Positions 36,901 to 49,444 of a stretch of 64,000 bases of DNA are shown one piece after another. A model generated the notes under the pieces. The model worked only from the letters and a program-made list of their open reading frames with translations, was not told the origin of the DNA and searched no databases. The DNA is taken from contig NC_058371.1 in the NCBI RefSeq assembly GCF_018350175.1, positions 190,588,001-190,652,000 of the forward strand. The letters are read 5' to 3'. Each line of letters starts with the position of its first letter. Position 1 is the first letter of the stretch. Source of the stretch: Felis catus (lineage: Eukaryota). The position numbers were made by a program, and so were the translations under genes.

Positions 36901-37848
36901 AGGGTTTGCCCGCTTCCTCTGCCAACTCTCAATTTAATGCTAAATACTTTGCTTTAATTGAATATATTACTATAACTGTGTGTCAATGAAACTTAACCAA
37001 AACATTTAGCTTAACCAAACATGCTTAACCAAAACATGCATGGGGAAAACTGCCATGCAATTTAGTGTGAAGTATTCTGATTGAGCACATAGTGATGATA
37101 ATAAGATATGCACTGTCTTGAACCTTTGGGTCGGTAATATACTAGTAATACATTAGTAGTTTGTACATCACTACTGTATTATTGTTAGTAGCTATTATTA
37201 ACAATCACTAATTGTTACTGTTAAACCTTAGACAAATTATATAATTTCTCTGAGTTCCAATTACCTCACCTTTTAACTGGACACAGGCAGAGAATTACAT
37301 GAGAAAATGTCTGCAAAATGCCAATACAATTCCCAGACTACAGAAAACATTTAGTAAATATTAATTCCTATTATTGTAAAATTACAGAAGAATTCCAGTT
37401 ACCTGTTAAACCAATTTATACCAATACATAGCCTAAGGTTGTAGACCTAATGACACTACAGTAATATAATTTCTTGAACATTACTTACCGTCTTCTTGTG
37501 AAATAGGCAAATCTAATAATTTTCCATGAATCTGTGATTAACAGAGTCTGCTATTATCAAAAGGACCTTCAGTGATACTTAAAAGAGAAGAAAGCTATAG
37601 GGAGAAGGGAGGAAAAAAGCTGGTTTTGCAAATCCTTACCCAATTAAATGTTACTGTTACCACAAAATCAAGGCAAAATAGAAGTCAAAAATATCTTTCT
37701 TTCCTTGGGAATAACTTCTGTCCTCAAACCCAAACAAAATAGACTCTGCTGAAAAGCTCAGTAAAATTAGAAAGGCAAGAATAATATGCAGTTGCTTGTA
37801 GTCCTTGGGACCAAAAGAAATTCTCTTTCCCTCAAATAAACATTTAAA

Positions 37849-38029
37849 GGGGGGGGTGACTCATTTGGTTGAGTGTCCTACTCTTGATTTCATCTCAGGT
37901 CAGGTCATGATCTCACGGTTCATGGGATTGAGCCCCACGTCAGGCTCTGCGCTAAAACACAGAGCATGCTTGGGAGTAACTCTCTCCCTCTCTCTCTCTC
38001 TCAAAATAAAGAAATAACAAACAAAAAAA
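37849..38029 (+). mobile_element. Can-SINE
   Basis: 'ggtgactcatttggttgagtgtcc...gagccccacgtcaggctctgc', CT tract, A-rich tail. Confidence 0.9.
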
Positions 38030-39249
38030 CTTCTCTCTCTTCTGTATGGAACCAAATAAAAGTATTCTTGATTCAATTAACCACAGAGTGAGATAAAATT
38101 ATTATTTAGCCATAGTGCATTATCTTTCCTTAGAGTCTCACCTTTATGTCTACTCCATTAAACAATGATTGTACATCTTTTCTAAATAAACACCTAACAA
38201 AAATTCCTGAACATGTAATAATAAATACAGAAGACTCCAGAGTAATTTCATGATAAAAAGTTATTTATGAGAAGCATACACTTAGGAAAATATAAAGCAG
38301 ATGAGACTGAAAGAAAAAAATCTCAAGTTGGTTAAAAGATACTAGAAAAAATGAAAACAGTATGTGCCATACCTATCAGTGCCAAGCACTCACTGTATTA
38401 GGTACCATCTTATTCTCAAAGTTATCTTGCAGAAGTTCCTACAAGTTGGGTATCATTTCCATTATCTTTCTACTGACTTAGAAATTGTACCTCTGAGATT
38501 ATTTTATATACTGTGATATATGTAGATTTACATTCTCACAATACTTATATCCTAAGTTTTTTCTGAGATTTTCCAAAAGTAAAGCCCTTTTTGTCCAGAG
38601 CTTTGATGAAAACTGGTGACTTCTAATTTTACAGAGAGAACAAGGCTGCTTTCTACCCAAGCATTTCTATAAAGGATTACCCCACAGTGAACCAAGTATC
38701 CATGATAGAACCAAACAATACACACACGAAGATTCTGAGATTTGAAATCAGAGAGTTTACCTGAGTTCCAACCTAACTCCTGCTATCCTGCTAAAGAACT
38801 GTGTTCTCACCTTTCAGATGATAAGGGAAAGGAGCAGCGACATGAACCCTGTAACCAACCCTTTAATTTTGAGTTTTGTTGATATTCAATTTGGGGTTTG
38901 GTTGATATTTTAAAGTTCAAATAAAAACTGTACTGCACCATTGCAATTTTTGCCAGAAATTTCTGAGCGACGAGAAGACTGAGGAAGGTTCAGGGAACTC
39001 TTGGTGTGAAATTCTAGATCACTTACTGAAGCATTTGTCCTGCGCACGCTAACTGAAGTCACCCTGGTACAGGTGAAAGGGCAGGTTGGGCAGGGATTGT
39101 CATTTTCAGAGTACAGTCTGCTGTAGGCTGGCAGCAACTAAGTGCCTGGTGTACAAACACCATCTTCGTTCAGTTTATCTGGCTCAAGCACTGCTGTCTG
39201 CATTTAAGAGAAGCTTCCGATGATTTTAAAGATCTACCAGATTAGAAGC

Positions 39250-39692
39250 TATGTTAGTTTAATCGGGCCTCCATAAAAAATGATTACAAATTTGCTGATC
39301 AAAACAATAGAAATCTATTCTCCCACAGTTCTAGAGGCCAGAAGTCCAAAGTCAAGGTGTCATTAGGGCCACATCCCCTCCCAAAGTTCCAGGGGAGAAT
39401 CTCCCCCTGCCTCTTCCTGTTTCTAGTGGTTCCAGATGCTCCTTGACTTGAAATTGCATCATTTAATCTCTGCCTCTGCCTTCCCGTGGCCTGCTCCCTT
39501 GTGTGTCATTGTGTCCCTTTTTCTGTCTCTTATAAGAGCATGTGTCATTAGAGGTAGAGCATACACTAAAACAAGGATGATCTCACCTTGAGATTCTTAA
39601 TTACATTCACAAAGAGCCTTTTTCTAAATAAGGTCATATTCACCAATTCCAAGAGTGGGACATACCTTTTGGGGGTGACCTTCAACCTTCTC
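39250..39692 (-). mobile_element. MaLR LTR (MLT1C-like)
   Basis: 'cacagttctagaggccagaagtccaaagtcaaggtgtc' ... 'aaataaggtcatattcac'. Confidence 0.85.
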
Positions 39693-39699
39693 AGGAAGC

Positions 39700-39912
39700 C
39701 TGGAACTCAAGCACCCAGACTCTGTGGAGTCAGGTACACCTGGGTACAAATCTAGTCCTCACTCCCAACTGAATGACCCAGAACACTTTTCCCATCTATA
39801 AAATGCAGACAGTATCACTACTAATGTCCTGGTTTGTGGGGAAAAATAACACATCAGAGACAGTAAGACCCTTAACATAATGTCTGGTACCAACGTTCCC
39901 TATTATTACTAG
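39700..39912 (+). mobile_element. MIR SINE
   Basis: 'cagactctgtggagtcagg...cccatctataaaatg'. Confidence 0.6.
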
Positions 39913-41757
39913 CTATTTCCTCAATAGCTGACATGAATGGAGATGGCTAAGCCTTATGCAGGCAAGAGCAGCTGGCCAGCATCCAGCTAGAGAGAACCCA
40001 AAACATGGACATCATGAGCCTCTTGTCCTAACTGAGCTAATTTTGTAAAGTAGAATCTCAATGCTACAAGGAAAATGATCATGTAGGCAGTGCACCTAAT
40101 TCTACAGATGATAAAAAAATAGTAATCCTCAGAAGGAAAACATGTTTTACCTTTAACCGCATAAAAGTTAGTAGCACAACAAAAACTAGAACCCAGCATT
40201 TCATCTTCCCCATTTAGTTCCTACCTCTGCACATTATTACTTGTTAGATGAATCATTAGTGGTTATTATCCACACTGACATATAAAGAAATTAAAATCTT
40301 CAAATTTTTTCGATATTAGAACATTTTCCCAAAACTGACCATACTTCTACAGTAATTAAGACTAGCAATTTTAATTATAATAGCACATACTGGTATAGCA
40401 GTCTGGAGCAGACTCCCTGAAATAAATTAACATTCCCTCCTTTTCCAATGACCATCGGTAAGAAAAGAAACTCACATGCCCATGTTGACCTACTCACCCC
40501 TCTAGTGTATAGTAAAAAGTGTATAACTGTGTTTTTATGCTAATGAGCTCAGAAATTTTCTAATCATATTATGCTTATTGTTTGTGCCATTATAAATTTA
40601 CCAATTATCCTGTGTAATGAATATGTTCCTGAGATTGCAAAGGTGGAGTAAGGGGGGGGGGGGAGGAGAGGGGAAGGACTTAAGGAATGGAAAACATTCA
40701 AGTCATTTTATCCACATCTGATTTCAATACAGTCATTTCTGCATTTATCTTCTCTCCCTTCTAGTGTGTATTCCTTGCCGTCTTATAATGGAAAGTTCCT
40801 GAGGAGCCCATTTTGTCCTACCCACTGCTACCTCTACAAGGCACAGTATGGCACCAGGCGCACGGTGAGTTCCAAATAATTCACTGTTGAATGACTTAAC
40901 ATTCCTCTTAATTTATTCTCACTTAATAAATATCTATTAAGTTAGACACATAGAGGAGCTCACTATCTACACTGTCACTTGCATCTTCCACAAGATGCAC
41001 TGCACATGGTTACTAATCAAACATGTCTGTTAGATACACCACAGAAAGAATTTTGGAAGATTGCAAGTTGGGTTACTGACTTTTTCCAAACAGAAATATG
41101 GTTAACCTCATCTTAAATTACCTTTATAGCTCTAAAGCCACTTCTAAAATAATTCTAACATTCCAAATTGGCAAATTTTATTTCCAGAGTTAAGGACAGA
41201 AGAAAAGACCTATGTATTAAAAATGAATTATGGCACTAGTTTGGCCAGTAGAAGTAATCTTGGGGCTATGCCTAAAGTCTTTAATATGGTCCATCTAGAC
41301 TTGCATGGAAAGAGTCTACCACTGTGGGCTATCGCTGGACTTTGGAGGGTATATCATCATTCCCTCAGGGCATCTACGACAACCTGGGCAAGATCACCAC
41401 TTAGCTAGTTGATAATGAGTCTGGGTGTTAGTCTCAGATTTTATTAAATATGGCCATTATATTAGAACAGCTCAAAGCAGAGCTATTTCTAGAAGAAGCC
41501 CAGACTGCAAGTCAGTCCAGGGTACCAAGATGTCAAGTTTGCCTTTAGGCTCAGNNNNNNNNNNNNNNNNNNNNNNNNNNNNNNNNNNNNNNNNNNNNNN
41601 NNNNNNNNNNNNNNNNNNNNNNNNNNNNNNNNNNNNNNNNNNNNNNNNNNNNNNNNNNNNNNNNNNNNNNNNNNNNNNNNNNNNNNNNNNNNNNNNNNNN
41701 NNNNNNNNNNNNNNNNNNNNNNNNNNNNNNNNNNNNNNNNNNNNNNNNNNNNNNNNN

Positions 41758-42075
41758 ACAACGGAAGTGTCTGTTCCAGGCCTCTCTCCTAGCTTCTGGA
41801 AGTCCCTTGGCTTGTAACAAAATCCCTCCAGTCTTCACGCGGAGTTTTCCCCGTATGTGTCTCTGTCCAAACTTCCCCTTCTTGTAAGGACACAGTCATA
41901 TTGGCTCATGGCTCCACTCTGCTCCAGTATGACCTCATCTTACCTAATTATTTCTGCAACAACCCTCTTCCCAATCACGTCATATTCTGAGGTAGTGGGG
42001 GTTAGGACTCAGCACCAAGGTAGTCAGAGTTAGGATTTCAATATCTTTTGTGGTGACACAATTCAACCCATAACA
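41758..42075 (-). mobile_element. MaLR LTR (MLT1B/C-like), part in N gap
   Basis: 'ttgtaaggacacagtcatattgg' ... 'gacacaattcaacccataaca'. Confidence 0.85.
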
Positions 42076-42215
42076 GAATAAATTTTTAAAAATGTGCCAA
42101 CCAGGTACGATTTTTGCAGGGAGGGGCATGGTAATCCAAAGTTCTCTTATTTCGGGCACTCACAACTGTGCGTACAGGTAGGCTGAAGTGGTTTTGTAAG
42201 CTAAATGTAATTTTT

Positions 42216-42409
42216 TTTTTAAGTTTATTCATTTTTGAGAGACAGAGAGTGTGTGAGAAGGGAGGGGCAGAGAGAGAGGGGAACAGAGGATCCGAAGCAG
42301 GCTCCACACTGACAGCAGTGAGCCAGATGTGGGGCTTGAACTCACAAATCGTGAGATCATGACCTGACCCAAAGTCGGACGCTCCACAGACTGAGCCACC
42401 CAGGTGCCT
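42216..42409 (-). mobile_element. Can-SINE
   Basis: TSD gcKaaaYgtaattttt at ~42200-42215 and ~42411-42426. Confidence 0.93.
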
Positions 42410-43469
42410 GGCGAAACGTAATTTTTAACACAAGGTTCTGTGAGGACACAGTTTCTCCCTTTCCTCCACTCATGACAGCCTGTTGAGGGAACCCAGGCTA
42501 ACCTAGCCAAATGTGAAAATGCAGGCACAGACCCACTGGCCAGAACAAATTCTGTGCTTATCACCTGGACAATCTGACTGATGTGAAAGAGCTGGATTTG
42601 ATGGATGCCAAAGAGCAGTGGGCAAATGAGCCTGCTCAGGCAAAGAGCCTGACATTTTTTTGGAGGGAAGACATTATTCAATTATTCCTCCTCCCTCCAG
42701 TGCTGATTTTCAGGCAGCCCAACACTATGCATTTTCAGCCCTTCGGAGTAAAGCACTTAGCAAGAGGTTGCGTGTTGTTTCAAACTGAAAGAGACACAGT
42801 ACTGTTTTTCCACCCTTCCTTGAATCAATGTGGCTACTTTCCAATATTAATAAAAAGCTCTGTTTCTGCAAAACTAACCTCAAACTCCATTCTCTCGCCT
42901 GAGTTCCAAGGATTTGATGACAAACTTGGCATACTAAATTTTACAGATCCAAATCAATGCTGAACACAAAAGAAAGCCCGGTGCCCTATGGTAATACAAG
43001 AGCATGATTATTTTTGGACTGAAACCGCTTAACACAAGCACAGCTGCAAAGGTCTTATTCCACTTCCAGAAGATGGTCTTTATGTTCCAAATAGTATCCA
43101 AAAGTCACAGAAACCAAGCTCAGACAGCATTATTAATATGAAATAAAGTTATGTCACACTTGGTTTTCAAAGATAGTAAATCCACCAACACCAGTAAAAT
43201 TAAATAAATATTTGAAGTCTGAAGTTAACATCTACGAGAGAGCCAGGAAAAATGAAAATTTCAAATCTGGTTTAGGGAAAAAAAATGTCTTTTTCATTAG
43301 CTTCTCCCCATTTAAAGTTAACTACACACTGACTACAGAATGCTATTTATTCAATGATGAAATTTCTATCTAAATTGAAATTACTGAGGATAAACATATA
43401 CGCACATAGAACTGACTGTACTGGCAGGGTGGTATGCCCCCATCATGGGTGTTCGGATACACAGTCTGA

Positions 43470-43915
43470 TCATGCCACTTCCCTGCGTAAATGTGTTACT
43501 GATGCCCCAGTGAAGTCAAAGTACCTCTCAAAAAGCCTTGAGGAATCTGGTCTCTGGTTGACCCTTCAGCCTCCTGTCTAACCCATGCTTCTCACCTCCC
43601 TAACCTTCCTCCAGGATCCCATTACACCCACACTTCTCCCTTCTGGGCACGTTGTGCATATACTGTCCCTGCTCCCTAGAAGCCTTGAGCATCTTCACTC
43701 GAGGACTCAGTATTCCACAAGAAAAGTCTCTGAAATGGGTCAGGGGCTCCTTTTATGTGGTCACCAGTGTTGTAGATTTTACCATATGTTTTGTACTGGG
43801 AGATTTATAGCTTTACTTCTCTCACCAGCTACATGCCCCTTAAGAGGAGAGACTCGAATAACTCCTGTTATTTGGTCATTGGATGTTTAATAAATAACTA
43901 CTGAGTGAATGCGTG
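43470..43915 (+). mobile_element. L2 3' remnant
   Basis: 'tctgatcatgccacttccctgc' ... 'tttaataaataactactgagtgaatg'. Confidence 0.65.
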
Positions 43916-44014
43916 AAAGTTATTACAAGATTTTCATTAACTGTATCTCACACATATGATGATTTGTCAAAAATGAAATAATGAAACCGTGCTTATAGAA
44001 AAATCAGGATCAGT

Positions 44015-44712
44015 ATAAATGAGAAAATAGTTGTTTTCTGTTCTGCACTGGGTCAGTGATCCTGTAGGGGATTTTTGCTCAATTTTGAACATCATATCGT
44101 TTATGCTTTTTAATTTTTCAAGGTTTTTAAGTTTATCTTAGAACTCCTAGGAAAAATGTAAGTCAAAACTTATTTAATTAAATACGTTTTCCTGGTATCC
44201 AGAAATAACATTTGTTGATTATTTTTGCATCTGTTTTCTAAAACCTCTCCCCGCCCTCTTTTTTTTTTAAGCAAGCATCAATATTTAAAAGAGATGGTGA
44301 CAGACTAGACTATATCAATCTAATGTTCACATGATGGTGAAGAATCTAGAAACAACTATCAATGTGAAAGAGAAAAAAATGACATTTTTCAAAGGCACAA
44401 TGACTGTCTTTCAATATCCACAAGATCACCATACAGAAGAGAAAGTAAGCTCAAATCTATTACTTTTGAAGTAGAAGTTGTATCAAAAGATATCCCAAGC
44501 TGTATTCCAGCTTAATATAAGAAATAACTTCCTAAATATTTGAGCTTTATGAAAATTTATGTAGCTTCCTCTTCAGGAAGTGAGTTTCTTCTACCTGGAG
44601 GTAAATAAACTGAAGCTAGTTGCCTATTTGTTGAGAATATTAAGACAAGTGATACATCAATCAAATTAATCCTGAAGATGACCTTGAGATGACCTCTGAA
44701 GTTCTCCCAAGT
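44015..44712 (+). mobile_element. L3/CR1 ancient LINE remnant
   Basis: 'tgttctgcactgggtcag', 'tttaaaagagatggtgacagactaga', 'gatgacctctgaagttctccca'. Confidence 0.5.
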
Positions 44713-44829
44713 ATGCGATTTATTGATTCCATGACAATGGATTTTTAAATTCATTATCAAGAATAATTTCAAATGAACTAGTCTCTTTCATTTTGGGCAA
44801 GAAACAATATACTAAAGAAAAATAATTCA

Positions 44830-45370
44830 TTTTACAGAAACCCAACAAATGTGTATGCATATATATAATAAATATGTTTACGTATAAAACACTTCCACTG
44901 TGCAAAAAGGATGAGAAATATATATAAATGTTCAAGAAAAGGCATGTAATAGAAGGTTCACTACAGCGCTATTTGTAATAGTCTCAGTCTGGAAACTACC
45001 CAAATACACCTCAACAACAGAATAAACAAAAATTATATATTCAGTCAATGGAATAATTTACAGTCATGAGAATGAAGAATTTAGCACTGTATGTAATAAC
45101 GTGGATGAATCCCATAGACAAGAGGTTGAGTAAAAGACACAAAAGAGTAAATAAAAGCAGGCACAACTAATATTTTGTGTTACAAGTGAGAATAAGGGTT
45201 ACCCTTGTGTTGGATTTTGACTCACAAAAGGCAGAAGAGGGCTTCTGGTGACTTTGTTCCTTGATCCCAGCACTCTTTACACAGATGTGTTTACTTTGTG
45301 AAAATACATAGAACTGGACATACGATTTGTGCGTTTTTCTGAACACACATTGTATGTCAATACAAAGTTG
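44830..45370 (+). mobile_element. Old L1M (ME/MC-like) 3' region
   Basis: 'ggttcactacagcgctatttgtaatag...ctggaaactacccaaat' ... 'gtgtttactttgtgaaaatacat'. Confidence 0.75.
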
Positions 45371-45989
45371 TACAAACGGCCTCTATGTCTATTCATTTAC
45401 TATATTTGATACTATGGAAAAAGCCATTACGGCAAAGTCATAGGACTTTTAAAGAATTATTAGGAGGATCTAAATAATGTGAAACAGGCTTAAAAAATTA
45501 TATAAAAACTTATGAACAAAAAATGTGCTTTAGAGACAAACACTAGCAATGAACTCTGGCCACCTTGATATTATTTCCTCTAATTTGTGCTGAAATCCAT
45601 ATGCAATAACAACTAATTACAGATCTCTTTTAGGTTTGTTTGCATGCTGTTTGAAATATGTTGGGTTTATTTTTCATGGGAAGCCTGGCAGAAATTAAAC
45701 CTCCTAGAATTTTTTAAGCATTTTCATTTATGGATAAAAGTACATAGCCATATTATTGAGCTTCCAAAAAGCCTTCCACTTATTCAGTAGAGCAGGTGCA
45801 CTGATTTATCAGACCATAGCCACAGTCATTCAGATAATCTCTATGCAAACAAAAGCCCAACTGCCAGATTCTTTATACTTTCCAAAGCCAAACGTCTGGA
45901 TATTCCTACTGGAAAAAAAAATTAATACTGGACCATGTAATTGACACAAAAATATTATTTTTTCAGGTATTGGCAGCATTGTTCTGGTA

Positions 45990-46208
45990 CAGCAGTCAGC
46001 AAATGTTTTCTGAAACCGTCCACATAGTAAATATTTATGCTNNNNNNNNNNNNNNNNNNNNNNNNNNNNNNNNNNNNNNNNNNNNNNNNNNNNNNNNNNN
46101 NNNNNNNNNNNNNNNNNNNNNNNNNNNNNNNNNNNNNNNNNNNNNNNNNNNNNNNNNNNNNNNNNNNNNNNNNNNNTTTGACCTGTGAACTGTAGTTTTC
46201 AACCTTAG
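45990..46208. mobile_element. MER58-like MITE (centre is N)
   Basis: 'cagcagtcagcaaatgttttctg...atagtaaatattt' ... 'tttgacctgtgaactgtagtttt'. Confidence 0.65.
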
Positions 46209-46639
46209 TTCTAGGAGAATAAAAAGGTGTTTCGATTTGTTTTATTTTGTTTCCCCTTTTCCTGTGTGGCTATCAAACCAGTAGAGTATCTAATGTCATC
46301 ATTCATTGGTTCCTAATCTGGCAAAACTAAATTTTTGGATGTCCTTATACTCTTCCCATTATTAAAGTTCGTCAAAAACAATCCATTTATCTAGCATGCA
46401 CAGACTAACAGAAATGTAGGTCTCATGTGCTTTTTACTAGAGTTCCCCCAAATGTTTTCCTTTTGAAATATTTGTTCATAGTCTTTTCCTAGTTAATTAC
46501 TATTGACCCATCAAAGTTTAGCTTAAAACTCTTTACAAAAAAAAAAAGCATTTCCTGACACCCCAGGCTAGGTCATCTCCCTTCACCTTTCTCCTCCCTC
46601 CACTATTTCTCCTTTATGTCATTTATCACAGTTTATAAG

Positions 46640-47065
46640 CCATTTGGAATAGTTGTTAATATCCCAGACTCTAAAGCCAGACTGCCCAGAATTAAATCTC
46701 AGATACAAAATTATTAGCCCTGCAAATTTTGACAAGTTGTTTACCTCTCTGTGCTGTGCCCTCATCTTTAAAATGGAGGTAATAGAAACATACTACATAG
46801 AGCTGTTGGAGATGATAACAATAACCCACTACATGTAGTTATTGGAGGTTATAATAGTAACCCACTACATAGGGCTGTTGGAGATAATACTAACCCACTA
46901 CACAGGGGTGTTAGAGATAATAATAGTAACCTACTACACAGTGTTGTTGGAGATAATAGAAACCCACTACACAGGGTTGTTGTAAGGATTAAATGATTAC
47001 ATAGGGATTAAAGCACTTACAACAATATTTGCAGAGCCAAAATTATGTGTTATTTGTAATAGTTA
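46640..47065 (+). mobile_element. MIR SINE containing an internal minisatellite
   Basis: Head 'cagactctaaagccagactgcc', core 'ctcatctttaaaatgga', tail 'gtaaggattaaatga...aaagcactta'. Confidence 0.8.
46775..46981 (+). repeat. Minisatellite, 6 units of 33/36 bp
   Basis: Consensus ggagataata(ata)gtaacccactacaYagggYtgtt; unit starts 46775, 46808, 46844, 46880, 46913, 46949. Confidence 0.92.
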
Positions 47066-47134
47066 ATAAGTATTCAAATATACATCTATTCATTTATTAA
47101 AAAATATTCATGGGGCAACTACTATGTACCATAT

Positions 47135-47659
47135 ATCCTCCATAATACAGAATAAATTTAATAGCTTATCACAACATCATGTATTAGCTTGCAGCTCTAT
47201 AGGTCACAATCCACTGAGATCTATGTCCAGAGCGTCATAAGACTGACATCAAAATGTTGGCTGGACTGGGCTGTTATCTGGAGACTGGGAAAAGACTGAG
47301 GTCCTTCCCTTCCTGGCTAACAGCCAGGACCTATTTCAGCTCCTGAGGACCATATGCATGCTTTCTCTTGTAGCCCCTTCTCTTCAAACCAGCAATGATA
47401 CATCAAATCCCCCTCATGCTTTGAGTCTCTTGGACTTCTTCATCTACCAGAGAAAGCTCTCTGCTTTTAAAGACTCATGTGACTAAACAGAGGCCACCCA
47501 AATAACCTCCCAATTTTAAGGTCAAACTATGCCTTATAGCATAATATAATCCTGGGAGTGACATCTCATCATATTCACATGATATTTCACAAGGGCATGG
47601 AATCTTTGACTTGAGACAAAGGTGTATAGGGAGAGAAGGTTAGAAATTCTGCCACCACA
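47135..47659 (-). mobile_element. MaLR LTR (MLT1E/F-like)
   Basis: 'ctctgcttttaaagactcatgtgact' ... 'ttagaaattctgccaccaca'. Confidence 0.7.
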
Positions 47660-48029
47660 AAGCACATAATGAATACTCAATAGTACCATGAATGAACCAT
47701 AACTTCACCTCATGTTGACCACAGGCTCATATGGACTTTAAATAAATGTACTGTTACTGAATAAACTATGTATGATGGTTGCACAAAATTTTTTTAGACT
47801 CTATAGAAGATACTTAATAGAAGATTCTTTAAGACTGAAAATCGGGAGCAATTTTCTTAACTAACTAGTACTCACCTGGAAAACAATGAGGATAAACTCC
47901 TTATACCATTCATTTACTCAACATCTATTTTTAAAACACTACTATGGGCATTGTACTAGAAGCTGGTGGAAAACAGTAGCAAATATACAGAATTCCCACT
48001 CTCACAAAACTCACATGATAGTGACAAGA

Positions 48030-48535
48030 CTCAGGACAGTGGTTAAGAATCTGGAGCCTGGTTGCCTATCTTCAAACATGGGCCCCGATTCTCACCAGCA
48101 ATATAATCTTGGGGAAATTATTTAATGCCTTTTGCCTCAGTTTTCTCATCTGTAACAGGTAAAAAAAACATACTATATGTTCATAAACTATTATGAGAAT
48201 TAGTTAATTAAATTAGCTAATATTTATTAATATGAACCCTTGGAACTTTAGCACAGGATTTCTCAGTCTCAGCACTGTTGACATCATGGGTAAATAATTC
48301 TTTGTAGTGGGGGCGGTCCTTGCCTTATAGGATATTTAAAGCAGCCCTGGCTTTGATCCACTGGATGCCAGTAGGGCAACACTCTCCACCCTCCCCCACC
48401 AGTTGTGACAACCCAAAATGTCTCCAGACATTGCCAAATGTCTCTGGGGAGCAAAATGAGCAAAGTCACACAGGTAATTGAAAACCCCTGATTTAGCACA
48501 TAGTAAATTTCCAACATATATTAGTTATCACTATA
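48030..48535 (+). mobile_element. MIR SINE interrupted by MER20
   Basis: 'cagtggttaagaatctggagcc' ... 'gcctcagttttctcatctgtaa' ... 'gcacatagtaa'. Confidence 0.75.
48254..48490 (+). mobile_element. MER20 hAT-Charlie MITE, full length
   Basis: 'cagcactgttgacat' ... 'gtgacaacccaaaatgtctccagacattgccaaatgtc'; CAG...CTG termini; 8-bp TSD Mtttagca 48246-48253 / 48491-48498. Confidence 0.9.
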
Positions 48536-49444
48536 TTTAATTATCACCTGACTTTGAAGGGTGAAAGGAGAGCTTTCTCATAGGAGGTAATTCTTGCACG
48601 GAGTTGTTTATTACAAAACCCCATATGTAAAAAGCATCCAGTACAATGTTTTGCAGACATTAAACCAGTCAACATTAATTTCTCTTTCCTCCCATTCCTC
48701 AAAACTAACTTGAAGTGCAGTCTCTCTCAGAATTCCTTGTTTTTTAAATTTTATTGCTAAGGACTCCATTTTTAATTTCATTTTTATCTTCCCCTTTCTA
48801 GTCTGTTAGCCAACTCAACATCAGTTATAATCTTACTTCAGGTCATTTACTTGAAGGAATGGCTTTGCACAGAATAATATAAAAAGTAGAATAAAACCAT
48901 TCCTGAATGTAATGTTCGGGTGCCTCCCTGTATTCCTGTCAAAACTGAAAAGTGGCTTCAAATCTTTTTTGTGTTTGTTTGTTTCAATTATTTTTTGTTG
49001 AAAACTTTCTTAAGATGTATCAAGTTTTTGCTTTGCTTTGGTAACTATAAGCTGATGGCAATAACAGAAGTTGTCTTTAATGATTGAAGATCATTCCAGT
49101 GCTAGAGGCATTGCTATTCTGAGCATTGATCTTTCTAATACAGGACTGTAGATGTATAAGACTGGGGTGCTGAGCACAAAACATATGAAGCTTTTCCACT
49201 CCAAATCATCAATATTGGTTTGTTCTCTTGTCACTGGCTTTATCCTCAAGTGTCAGAAATGTATCTGCTATTGTGGGTTTCAAATCAGTCGTGCCTGTTT
49301 AAAATTACAATGAAATATTGTGTGCCCTAAACTACATTTTAGGGGCATCAACTGAAAGTAAATATTGAACCCTGACAAGACATAAAAGAGATTAAGAAAG
49401 GGATTGAGTGTGGGAGGATTTTAATTTTAATTTTAATTTTAATT

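Noticed and set aside
42583-42963. 126-aa ORF in unique DNA as a coding exon
   Set aside because: Non-ATG start, no recognisable domain, and no convincing flanking splice sites.
46775-46981. CRISPR-like array
   Set aside because: Units are contiguous tandem copies with no unique spacers, derive from MIR, and sit in a mammalian genome with no cas genes.
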